Below, piece after piece: positions 36,787 through 48,549 of a stretch of 55,627 nucleotides of DNA (within the stretch, counting starts at the first letter, position 1; each line of letters starts with the position of its first letter). The notes under the pieces were generated by a model. It had not been told where the DNA came from and made no database searches. It saw only the letters and a program-made list of their open reading frames with translations. Both the position numbers and the translations under genes were made by a program. Location of the stretch: positions 1-55,627 of the forward strand of contig NW_021833759.1 in NCBI RefSeq assembly GCF_006345805.1. The letters are read 5' to 3'. The DNA is from Octopus sinensis (lineage: Eukaryota).

Positions 36787-38893
36787 ATGGACGCATATCA
36801 CATAGATTATTCTATGAAAAATATACCGATCCCATCAAAGGATTTTTACTCTAAGAAACTTCTGCAAAAAATTACTGATGTAATTAAGCGTATGAGATGG
36901 AAGGCTTTCTTTTTTTGACACAGACGAACACCAAGGAAAACATTTGCTATCGGATAAAATCCAAAAAATTCCCTCCTAGGATTAAAGGCTTGGAAGATTC
37001 GAAGCGGACCTGCTGAAGATCATGAGCAAAATAAAGTTTCGTAAGTCTTTTAACAATTTCCAACATAAATTGAAAAAAGATATTGATCATATAAAAAGCT
37101 CCAAGAAAAAAGCACTTTTTTCGGATAAAACCAAGAACTTATACCTGGTAGATAACAGCAAATACACACAACCTCTTACACAACAGCATCATTAATAATT
37201 ATACTAAGGCTAGGGCACAGACATATAACGAAATTAATAAAGAAGCTAGCGTCATCGCCGCTAAACTTAAATTAGATAAAAAATAGAAACCCTCCCCCAA
37301 AAAGAGGCCTTTATTACTATTAAAGACCACAAAGAAAACTTCCTTTCCAACCCTAAATGTAGCTTATCAACCCCACCAAGTCAGAACTAGGATTATTAGC
37401 AAAGAAATTTTAGATAAAATAAATACGAAATTAAGACCGACACTAGGCTAGTGCAATGGTCCAATAGTATAGAAGTCGTAGACTGTTTAAAGCTATTAAG
37501 AATAAGAAAAAATCGAGGTTTACACAATTCGATATTGTTGATTTTTATGCCTCTATCTCTAAAGAACTGCTAGATAAAGCCCTAATCTTCGCTAGTGACT
37601 TCATAGAAATTAGTACCAATGATAAGGATATAATCTTCCATGCTAGAAAGACATTACTTTTCAGTGAGAATGCAAAGTGGGTAAAAAACACCGACACGGA
37701 GGGCGCTTTCGATGTGAGCATGGGTTCATATGATGGGGCAGGCATCTGTGATCTAATTGGACTCTTTCTCCTAGATACCTTCGGTAAGACATTCCCTAAC
37801 GTACATTTCGCCATCTACAAAGATGATGCCCTCGCCTTAACAGCTAATACAAATGGACCAGCACAAGATCGTTTTAGAAGGATATTATCCAGTTAATGAA
37901 CACTTCGGACTTAGTATAACTATAGACACTAACCTGACGGTTGTCAATTTCTTAGACGTTTCCTTAGATCTTAATAATAATATTTATAAGCCTTATAGGA
38001 AGCCCAATGATAGACTAAGTTATATTAATGTAGGTTCATGCCATCCCCCTATAGTATTCAAAAATTTAGTTAAAAATATTAGTAAGAGGATTTCTAGCCT
38101 CTCATCTAATGAGGACATCTTCAATAGCGTTGCCCCAGTTTATAATAAAGCTTTAAAAGATAGTGGTTTTAGCGAAAAAATAAAATATACACCTATCACC
38201 AGCCCAACAATAAGGAAAAGGAATAATAGAAATAGGAAGGTCATCTGTTTTACGCCCCCTTACTCACACCCGAGGTGGCCTTCAATATAGGTAAATATTT
38301 CCTAGCACTGATAGATAGACATTTTCCAGTTAACCATGCTTATAGGAAACTCTTCAATAGACACAATTTAAAAATAGTTTTAGTTCAACTACCAATTTTA
38401 AAAACATAATTAATCATAACATACAAAAAACACAAGAAGAAACAGCTGTTCATGCAGGAATAAAGAATTGTGCCCGCTAAATGGAGCTTGCATGTCCAAG
38501 ACCATCATATATGAAGCTACCGTAAACTCTATAACCACTAAAGACACCGTTTCGACGAAGAAATACGTGGGCCTGACAGAGGGTAATTTCAAGGCCAGGT
38601 TCAATAACCACACTTTGAGCTTTAGGCACTGGAACAAAAGAAAAGCGACACAATTATCCAATCATATTTGGTCTTTAAGAGATAAAGGTGTCGATTATAA
38701 CATACAATGGAAGATTTTGGCCAGATGTAAGCCCTATACCAACGGCAGCGGAAGGTGCGGTTTATGCGACATGGAGAGATGGCTTATCTGGAAAAGCAGC
38801 TTAGACCCTACCACATGTCTAAATACAAGGACAGAGCTTTTCGGATCATGCCCACATGTGACTAAATTTCTGTTACGTTTTTGGTTCCCCTAA
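36787..38893 (+). pseudogene. Penelope RT plus C-terminal GIY-YIG endonuclease, frameshifted as assembled
   Basis: YSMKNIPIPS..KRMRWKAF, SDKTKNLY, QFDIVDFY.SI, FDVSMGSYDGA, YKDD, VNFLDV, SCHPP, CPLNGAC..IIYEA..YVGLT..FKARFNNH..C.LC..LN.R.E..C.H. Confidence 0.95.
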
Positions 38894-39098
38894 AGAAAAC
38901 GGATAGAACATGCTTTCTGTGTAATGTCCCAAGAAGATTTTATATATTTTTATATATTTTTATATATTTTTATGTATTTTTATATAATTTTTATGACGAA
39001 AAATGCGAGCGATGTATAAGTACACAGGCAAAGCAGAGTTATAACAGAGTAATTTCCCTTCATTTTTAACGTATTTTTTCATACGTTTTCAAATAGCC

Positions 39099-39161
39099 AG
39101 ATAACCGAAGAGATGGTGTTGTGGATTTCCACTTCGGCATCTGAAACTCAGAGTTTTATCT
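39099..39161 (+). ncRNA. Hammerhead-like motif in Penelope pLTR (family E, CCGAAGA core); also at about 35579-35641 (-) and disrupted at 36500-36580
   Basis: AGATAA-CCGAAGA-GATG..CATC-T-GAAA-CTCAGAG-TT-TTATCT; stem I 6 bp; stem III CTC/GAG. Confidence 0.7.
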
Positions 39162-40184
39162 TGACTACCGAGTAATGTAACATATTGTATAGATAAATTT
39201 CCTCTATTTACATAATATTGAGGTCTCTTTCTTTCTTTTGTTATCTTACCGTTTTATCAATATATATAATATATATAATATATAGATATATATATAATAT
39301 ATATATATATATAAATAATATAAATATAAGAGAGTGGTCACTATGTGGCTCACTCTAGCACTAGTAAATCCAAAAGGTTTCAACCACAAAATACATGTTT
39401 CCCATGAAAGTCAGTACGATTGTTAGCTCACACGAACAGGGCAAATAAAAAAAACAAAAATACAGATTATAATTATATTTATTTTTGTATAAAATATTAT
39501 AATATGTTATAAAATATTATAATAATCCAGGTTTCTCGGGGCACTGGGCCACTTGGTGTTGAATAGGTATACTATTAAATTAGTATCTAATTCTCTCACC
39601 CTTATTAATTAATTATATATATATATATATATACGATGAGCTTCCACACAGTTTCTTGAAAGAGAGAGATACCACGTGATTGCAAAGCAAGCTTCTTAAC
39701 AACACAGCCACGCATGCACCTCTGCTGAGTTTCAATATTCCATATCATTCAAGCTAAGCTCAAGATGACAAATTAATCCATAAGTTATTTCTTTCTTACT
39801 TCGCCGTCTTCATGACAACCAATGAATATATGAACAAAGTTCTAAGTCATAACATATTGGTTTTTCTCGATTTCTCTAGCTTTTTCAGCTTGTATGGTAT
39901 CAGATATTTGGCATGTATATATTTGATATGTACATAGACTGGAGTTAAATGCACTTTTAGTAAATTATCGCACGAGGATTAATACATGTTATACGGCTGA
40001 ACTGAAAGCCCGGGGCTGTAAAGGAAAAGGAAGAATTGTAATCCTCCTTGACGCCAATAAGCATGTGCACCTGCACCCATACGCAAACACACACATGTAT
40101 GAGATATCGGTATGTGTTGGATATTCAGAGCGTCTATTTGTATATACCAGAATATCTGTGTACGTGGGTATATATATATATATA

Positions 40185-40389
40185 GTTAATCCAAACATGA
40201 AAACTCAAAGAGAAAACACAATAACGCGAGGACGTGGACGAAGTATAGTGTTATTGGACGCTCAGGAAAGGAAAGAAAGAAGGAGGATTTAACGTTTCGA
40301 GCGGAGCTCTTTGTCAGAAACATAGAAAAAGGAAAGGTCCAAGGAACGGAAGACGGAAAAAGAAAATCGCCAACGATACACACGCGGTC

Positions 40390-40390
<1 letters not shown>
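40185..40390 (-). mobile_element. Family A Penelope-type element, hammerhead-like motif 40286-40322
   Basis: Same ends and motif as 23143-23338; between (TA)n and (TAGA)n. Confidence 0.75.
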
Positions 40391-40448
<58 letters not shown>

Positions 40449-40485
40449 GATAGATAGATAGATAGATAGATATAGATAGATAGAT
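40391..40485. repeat. (GATA)n
   Basis: Direct inspection. Confidence 0.95.
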
Positions 40486-40899
40486 GTTGACTTGCAAATC
40501 TATATATGATATATGTTCCGGCAGATCTGAGCACAAATATGCTAATCGCTGTTGTGCACGTCACGGGGAAAGAGCTTAAAACACTCCACATTAAAGCACG
40601 ACGATCGAGGAAGCCTTCTGTGTAAGTCAAGTGAGCTTTCTTTAGAACACCGGTATTCTTTGGTATGTAGTCCACTTCGCCTTGAGTGCATGTCTCATAC
40701 TTACTTATATACATACATACATGGTGGCTGGGTCCCTTGTTATCGAGTATGGCCATTGCAGGAAGCTTAATCAATGTTGTTATCGTGCAATGTCTGTGCA
40801 AGAAGATTTTTTTTTAAAGTGAGGAAAGGCTGTGCACTGAGTCAATCCCACTCACTAAGCAACAGCAGCCATAATCCGAAAAGAAGAACAAGTCAACAT

Positions 40900-41275
40900 C
40901 ATCGGTAACCACTGAGCCGCAGATTTTATGTCGGAGTTATCCCAGTTACCTGAGTTACCTTCTCCTAGAAGGATGCCCTAACAAAGGCTAGGAGTCCTTC
41001 ACTCCCAATGGTTTAATCGCGCAATCGGGTATTCAGTCCGATTATTTCTATGTCCCCGCGCATGATACAGCCTTAAGACATTTATTGGATGGCCGTTGAC
41101 TCTCAAGAGTTCCTCCGCCGTTTGACGGGTTTTGTTTTTCATCCCGCAGGGTGTTCAATAAACACCCTCCTCAACAAGCAAGCCTGGTGGGGTTGCCGGT
41201 TTTGTCGCCGACGACCCGACCATGCAACAGGTTGTACTGGGTTACATGTTACCAGTAGCACTCGAAAGTGACCTG
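40900..41275 (-). mobile_element. Probable RTE-type LINE 5' UTR fragment
   Basis: Minus-strand motif TAGCC..GGCA..CTAGGAGAAGG.AACTC resembles, from recall, RTE 5' UTRs; GC-rich and hairpin-rich. Confidence 0.45.
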
Positions 41276-41276
41276 A

Positions 41277-41572
41277 CATACATACATACATACATACATA
41301 CATACATACATACATACATACATACATGTATACACATATACATACATGCATGCATACATATATACATACATACATACATACATACATACATACATACATA
41401 CATGCATACATACATACATACATGCATACATACATACATACATACATGCATACATACATACATGCATACACATATACATACATGCATGCATACATGCATG
41501 CATACTTGCACACATACATACATACATACATACATACATACATACATACATACATACATGCATGCATACAGA
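41277..41572. repeat. (CATA)n/(CATG)n
   Basis: Direct inspection. Confidence 0.95.
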
Positions 41573-42151
41573 CACACAGACACACAGACATGCGTTCATA
41601 GCTTTCTTTTAGCAATCTTCATGCAGGCGGTGTGCTAAGAGAAAATGCTAAGCGGACGGTTATACCTACACCAATAGGAATATGAAGCCATCAGCTAGAG
41701 CATGGCTAATCTTTTTTTCCGTTCATAATGATACTCTTGACCTGGTACTTATCTCCAATTTTCTCAATGTCAACGAGCTGACAGAGAAATATATCCCCGG
41801 ATTAAACACCGGGAAATATATGGTGAAATATGACAGGAAAAGAATATGGTTTGCGAAACCACAAAAAAAAAAATGATGTCAGATGTCAGGCTCTGTGCAG
41901 GAGAAGCGATATCTGCCTTTCCAATACGAAAGAAAGGAACTTAGAAGAGAGAAGAAAAAATAAGATGAGAGAAAATGAGATACGGTATAGGGATAAGCAT
42001 TGCACGTGTATCATTCAAAAATTCATTGATGATAATAAATATGAAAAGTGGATTATGAATATGTGGTTTCTAAAAGAGGAGAATTAAAAGTGAAGAAGCT
42101 ATGGGCAATTCTCTGTCATGCGCAAAAGGAAAACGAGAATGACTTTTAGTA

Positions 42152-42708
42152 TTGGGTTGTCCGGAAAGTTCGTGCCGGTTTTTAAAGGAAAGAAAAAATT
42201 CAATAAATACTTGCCATTACATTTTTAATCGACCAAATATGAACCATTTTGTTGCGCAATGCATCTCCATCTTTCCTTTAACTTGAAAATATCTTCTTCC
42301 CAGAATTGAGGTGGTTTCATGGCAAAGAATTAATCAATGTATCTTTATCACGTCATCCAAGGAATTGAAATTTTTATCATTAAGAGTATTCTGAATAAGT
42401 GGAAATCCGAAGGAGTAATATCTGGTGAATATAGGGGGTGGGGTAACACATCTCAACCGAGCTGCAGCAATTTTTGCCTGGTTCCCAAAGCATCAAGTGC
42501 CAGAAATGAACGTTCTTATCTTCCATTTTAAAGGGTTACAGAATTAACACAGGTTATAGGAACATAAATCTTCTTCCACGAAAATATAGCTTAAACTGTG
42601 CTCTAAATGGCGGTGTAGTCAAATTCTATTTTATGGACTCAACCATGTTCTAAAATAAGTCGAAAGGTAAGCTGCTATAAGTCGGCACGAACTTTCTGGA
42701 TAACCCAA
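42152..42708 (-). mobile_element. Internally deleted mariner (MITE), same family as 24544-25109
   Basis: Same TIRs, TA TSD and internal layout. Confidence 0.92.
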
Positions 42709-42763
42709 TAATATATATATATATACATGTGTGTGTATGTATGTGTGTGTGTGTGTGTGTGTG

Positions 42764-43085
42764 TGTGGAAGCGCAATGGCCCAGTGGTTAGCGCAGCGGA
42801 CTCGCGGTCATAGGATCGAGGTTTCGATTCCTAGACCGGGCGTTGTGAGTGTTTATTGAGCGAAAACACCTAAAGCTCCACGAGGCTCCAGCAGTGGGTA
42901 GTGGCGATCCCTGCTGTACTCTTTCGCCACAACTTTCTCTCACTCTTTCTTCTGTTGGCCTGCTCGCTTAGCCAGCGGGGTGGCGTCACTTGATGGCTAA
43001 AACAATGCGAAGAGCATTGTGACCAGCGATGTGTAGCAACATCTGATAGCCTGGTCCGTCACGGTGATCACGGTGATCACGGTGA
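42764..43085 (+). mobile_element. SINE family C head with third type of tail ending (TCACGGTGA)3
   Basis: First about 190 bp match 2727; 3' part unrelated to the other two forms. Confidence 0.85.
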
Positions 43086-43989
43086 GATATATATATATAT
43101 ATACATTGACCGACGCATCGTGCACGGCTCAGTGTCAACAAGAATGCTGGGTTGACGCCAGAAAGGAGGCTTTACATTGTCTGCTAGAAGGTGCAGTCGT
43201 ATCGCTCGCAACTGACAAAAAACCGAAGGGTATATGAGATAATGTAATCCTAAGCACATTATTCATCGGGAAAAAGATACTGTTTGGTCAGATCTGGCCT
43301 AGAATGTGGCCTAAGTTGTAAGGGTTTAACGTTTCAGATCAAAGTTGCTTTCTTGTCTATCTCAGTGAAACCAGGTTAAGCTGTAGATGGAACGTCTTGA
43401 ATATGGGCAGACATGCACAATAATATTAAGCAGTTAAATATCGACCATTTTGTGAAGTTTATGCCTTGGCAGTAAGCATTAATTATATGAATGAACATAA
43501 ATTCGCCACAGCGGTTTCTAGATATCAGAAACATCCCAACAAACGGGATGAGAAAAAAAAAAAAAACGCGAGGATTAGGGTGAGAACGAATTTAATCGTA
43601 GCTCTGTGTCAGTAACTAGATCAAGACCGACTTGCGGCTAAGGAAAAACGATAACAATATGAACAATACAATATCACTGAACGTGTTGCATAATTTTCTC
43701 TCTTCCTTACACATATGAATACGCAGCATAAACTGTAGACAACGCTCAAACAAATAGACATCGTCATGAGGACGCCCGTGGGAAAAAAGCAGCTGAATTT
43801 CAGAGTTAATTTCAACAGAGATGATATTTATACATAACAGCTTGTCTGGGTGTCAGAATGCTTGAACGTCTCACAGCTAGATGAAAGTTTAATGCGTATA
43901 GTCTCTGTTGTCTGTATATGAATATATATTCCCGATCATATTCAGTTTTTGTATATTCAAACACATAAACATACATGTATGTTCGAGTA

Positions 43990-44221
43990 TTCTTTTACTC
44001 TTTTACTCTTTTACTTGTTTCAGTCATTTGACTGTGGCCATGCTGCAGCAGCGCTTTAAGTCGAGCAAATCGACCCCTAGGACTTATTCTTTGTAAGCCT
44101 AGTACTTATTCTATCGGTCTGTTTTGCCGAACCGCTCGGTCACGGGGACGTAAACACGCCAACGTCGGTTGTCAAGCGATGTTGGGGGAGACAAACACAT
44201 ACACACAAACATATACAACAC

Positions 44222-44230
<9 letters not shown>
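43990..44230 (-). mobile_element. SINE family A, 3' half
   Basis: (CTTTTACT)n tail and body; ends at the internal microsatellite. Confidence 0.85.
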
Positions 44231-44270
<40 letters not shown>

Positions 44271-44274
<4 letters not shown>

Positions 44275-44730
44275 TAATTCTAGGTGTGAATGCTTCACAT
44301 GCGGCAAGCCGCTGTTTTTGCGGAATCGAAACCCATTTCTGGCGCAGTTTTGTCTTCAAGGCGTCGAACGAAGCATGAGGAGTGCTGGAGACCCTCTTCT
44401 CAAAAATGGACCCAACAGAAAAATCCAAAGGGTTTAGATTAAGGCTCCTTGAGGGCCAAACATCCTTGCTTATGAACAACGGAACGTTTCTCTGAATCCA
44501 GCGTTATGTCTGTTTGGAGCCGAGGAATGGTGCCGAGTCCTGTTGGAGACTCCAAGGTGCGCCTTGAAAGTGCTCATTCACCCATGATAGTAGCTCAGCT
44601 TCCAGAATGTCGCTAATATATCGCCGGGTCTTAATTTTAACACAAAACCTGGTGACATATTCCAGTTGCTCTCACAGCCGCCCAAACCATAAATGACTGT
44701 GGGTTCTGACGTCGATTTACGAGACGAGCT
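44271..44730 (-). pseudogene. maT-type (DD37D) transposase C-terminal fragment
   Basis: MVWAAV..TG, QQDSAP..FISKDVWPSRSLNLNPLD; about 37 residues between second and third D by my count across breaks. Confidence 0.8.
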
Positions 44731-44817
44731 TTGACAGAGCCAGATACACTCTAAAGTCGGTTATTCTGGTGGTTTACTGTCTGTTGGACGTTAAATTTCT
44801 TTTCGGGGAAGGGTTCA

Positions 44818-44860
44818 TCATCATCGTCACTATTATCATTATTATTATTATTATTATTAT

Positions 44861-44911
<51 letters not shown>

Positions 44912-44948
44912 CAGCAGCAACAACAGTAGTACTAGTAGTAGTAGTAGT

Positions 44949-45040
<92 letters not shown>
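44818..45040. repeat. (ATT)(AGT)(AGC)n trinucleotide cluster
   Basis: Direct inspection. Confidence 0.95.
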
Positions 45041-45111
45041 TTGGTAAAATCCTTCGAGTGTGTGAAAGTATTGCTTTCATCTCACTATTGACAGCAAATT
45101 AAAGTACCTAT

Positions 45112-45339
45112 TTCTTCATTGCCCACAAAGGGCTAAACATAGAGGGGAAAAACAAGGACAGACAAAGGGATTAAGTCTATTATATCGACCCCAGTGCGTA
45201 ACTGGTACTTAATTTATCGACCCCAAAAGGATGAAAGGCAAAGTCGACCTCGGCGGAATTTGAACTCAGAACATAGCGGCAGACGAAATACCGCTAAGCA
45301 TTTTGCCCGGCGTGCTAACGATTCTGCCAGCTCGCCGCC
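45112..45339 (-). mobile_element. SINE family B monomer
   Basis: Complete head, core and tail. Confidence 0.9.
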
Positions 45340-45365
45340 GTAACAAATTAAAGCACCAATCATGT

Positions 45366-45751
45366 GTGTGGAAGCACTCCGTCGGTTACGACGATGGGGG
45401 TTTCGGTTGATCCGAATCAACGGAACAGCCTGCTCGTGAAATTAACGTGTAAGTGGCTGAGCACTCCACAGACACGTGTACCCTTAACGTAGTTCTCGGG
45501 GATATTCAGCGTGACACAGAGAGTGACAAGGCCGGCCCTTTGAAATACAGGTACAACAGAAACAGGAAGTAAGAGTGAGAGAAAGTTGTGGTGAAAGAGT
45601 ACAGCAGGGATCACCACCATCCCTGCCGGAGCCTCGTGGAGCTTTAGGTGTTTTCGCTCAATAAACACTCACAACGCCCGGTCTGAGAATCGAAATCGCG
45701 ATCCTACGACCGCGAGTCCGCTGCCCTAACCACTGGGCCATTGTGCCTCCA
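45366..45751 (-). mobile_element. SINE family C, long form
   Basis: 12-bp TSD CACCAATCATGT at 45354-45365 and 45752-45763. Confidence 0.92.
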
Positions 45752-46099
45752 CACCAATCATGTAAAGGAGTTGATTTAATCGGCTAACTCCCTCCTCAAA
45801 AATTTAACCCCCTTGACCCTATACTAAGAACAATTCGTATTTTGTAGGGTATGCGTATTGTATGTTATGCAGAGAGTTTTGTTATCTGAGCAGTGCTATT
45901 GAATTGAAAATGTTTATTGTTTTGACTTGTATGTTATTAGTTGCATTATCATACTAAGCAGACGTAGCGAAATACCAGTTGCACTAAATATCCTTATTTT
46001 TAGTTTTCTTAAAGAAAAAGAAAATATAAAATGAAGAACAAAAAAATTATGTAAAATGCTGAGCTGCAAAGATAGATGTAGTAAGTATAAAAACCAACA

Positions 46100-46114
46100 G
46101 TTCATATATTATGC

Positions 46115-46176
<62 letters not shown>

Positions 46177-46835
46177 ATCCAAACAAAACACACAAAAAAA
46201 AAACAAAAAAAAAACACAACAACGCGAGGACGTGGAACAAATAATATATATATATATATACATATGTATGTATGTATATATATATATACATACACATATA
46301 TATATACATACTATATATATGCACACATATATATGCATATTATATATATATACTTATATATATATGTGTATGTGTATGTGTATATATATATATATACAAG
46401 TATATATATATATATACATGTATGTATATATATATATATGTGTGTAATATATATATATGTATATACATATACATATAAGCATTCACACACGCGCACATAC
46501 ATATATAAATATACATATGCACGTTTGTATAACGTTTCGTCATTTAATACAATGAAAACAGTCACAAACTAACTTTTCTGTAAACTATCTGTGTTTTTTG
46601 TGTGTGTGTGTGTGAGTGTGTGTGTGTGTGTGTGCGTGTGTGAGTGTGTGTGTGTGTTTCTCTTTCTCTTTCTCTATACACACATATTATATACTACAGA
46701 TATATATATATATATATATATATACAATATAATATATATATATATATATATATTATATATAATATTATATGTATATATATTACTACAGATATATATATAC
46801 ACATGTATATATACTACAAATATATTATGTATATG

Positions 46836-46875
<40 letters not shown>
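46100..46875. repeat. (TA)n/(TG)n microsatellite field containing a family A end fragment (46173-46220)
   Basis: Direct inspection; GTTAATCCAAAC..ACAACGCGAGGACGTGGAACAA. Confidence 0.9.
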
Positions 46876-46877
<2 letters not shown>

Positions 46878-47661
46878 GAAACAATAAACACAAAAGAAAA
46901 CACTATACCAGAAACATCATACGAAAACGATACCAAAAAATAACACACACGTCTCTAGATAGAATAACAATATTTTTCTTTCTCTATGAGAAAATATCCT
47001 ATAATACGATATACTGTACAAGATACTATTTTGATAGTGTGTTTAGCAGTAAAAGTGGTTAAATCTGTCGTTGCTTTTGTTGTTCTGTAGCCCAGGGTCA
47101 ATGCTTTTTGCGCTGAGCTATGAAAACGATTCTTCGATGATTTTGTTTCCTCGTCTACCTCGGACTACTCCTATTTCGTGTAAGGCGGTATAGCCTGATT
47201 TTAAGTAGATCTGCCTGCTAGGTTTTATCGTAGATGCTCCTACGGCACTGAGTATTATTTCAAATTTCGGTTCAAGGCCAGATTTTTTGGGGGGAGGGGG
47301 CAAGGAGATTACATCAACCCCACTATTCAACAGGTACTTATTTTATCGATCCCCAAAAGAATGAAAGGCAAGGTCGACCTAGACAAAATTGTAACTCAGA
47401 ATGTAAAATTGGATGAAATGCCACTGAGCATTTGTTACACTCGATTGCCACCTCAGTTAGTCGCATTCTTCACATCTGCTTAGTGAGTGAGACTTTCGGT
47501 GCTGGCTTGGTCAACTAGAAAGAGCAACCAAATCTGCTCCATACCTTACAATAAGAGTATGTTAGGTAATATAGTTCGTGATATGCAAAATGGGAAGTAA
47601 TCACTTCCAAAAGGTATTTCAGCGTAGATCTGTTGGATCAGATTTTGCTTGTGGTGAAATA

Positions 47662-48058
47662 AGGAGTGGCTGTGTGGTAAGTAGCTTGCTTACGAACCAC
47701 ATGCTTCCGGGTTCAGTCCCACTGCCTGGCACCTTGGGCAAGTGTCTTCTACTATAGCCTCGGGCCGACCAAAACTTGAGTGGATTTGGTAGACGTAAAC
47801 TGAAAGAAGCCCGTCATATATATGTATATATATATATATATGTGTGTGTGTATGTGTGTATTTGTCCCCGCCAACATCGCTTGACAACCGATGGGGGTGT
47901 GTTTACTTCCCCGTTACCTAGCGGGTCGGCAAAAGAGACCGATAGAATAAGTACTAGGCTTACAAAGAATAAGTCCCGGGTGTCGATTTGTTCGACTAAA
48001 GGCGGTGCTCCAGCACGGCCACATTCAAATAACTGAAACAAATAAAAGAGTAAAAGAG
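47662..48058 (+). mobile_element. SINE family A, full length
   Basis: AGGAGTGGCTGTGTGGTAAG head to (GAGTAAAA)n tail. Confidence 0.92.
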
Positions 48059-48549
48059 AATTGGTTTTGCTTCGCTGAAATAGAGGACTTCTGGAACCGT
48101 GTGGCGGTTAGTATTAAACTTATTGCATTATTTCATTTCGTATCTCACATCTTCACTTCAAAGCCTTTACTTTCTTAGTAACCAATTCTTTTCTAATTTT
48201 GCAACAAGCCCAGCAATTTTGAGAGTAAGAGTATGACGATACCATCACTAGATATTACTTTCCTCTATCGACCCCGAGAGGATGAAAAATAAAATTCATT
48301 CGATGGGGTTTGAACTTGGAGCACATACCTGGAATGCTAACTCGACAACGTTGAACTTTATTTAGAAAGAAAAGAACACTGAAAATCATGATAAATCAAT
48401 GATTCCCTTGTTTCGTTCAACATCCTCCAACATCTTTCATTGAGGAACATTTTGAGCGGAATGGGATACTCGTCCTGAAGAAAAATGCTAAATGGGTCCC
48501 ACCCTCAAGGTCATGCTTATCTTGATATAAGAACACCACGTCATGCACA

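Larger units (their letters stand above)
35551..39262 (+). mobile_element. Penelope-like retroelement with tandem pseudo-LTRs and 5' inverted segment
   Basis: Inverted partial pLTR 35551-35980; pLTR 35980-36682; ORF body; pLTR 38590-39262; (TA)n on both flanks. Confidence 0.96.

Noticed and set aside
36787-38893. Naiad/Chlamys-type permuted Penelope or selenoprotein-coding element
   Set aside because: Endonuclease is C-terminal, and the breaks I could place are frameshifts, not in-frame TGA at cysteine positions
39360-39420. Minus-strand CTGAC..GAAACATGTA as a hammerhead
   Set aside because: No GA at positions 8-9, no stem I or II pairing
41040-41275. Canonical twister or HDV-like ribozyme upstream of the RTE-like motif
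   Set aside because: Hairpins are present, but I could not place UAA/P2/UCCYAAGC (twister) or P1.1/J4/2 (HDV)
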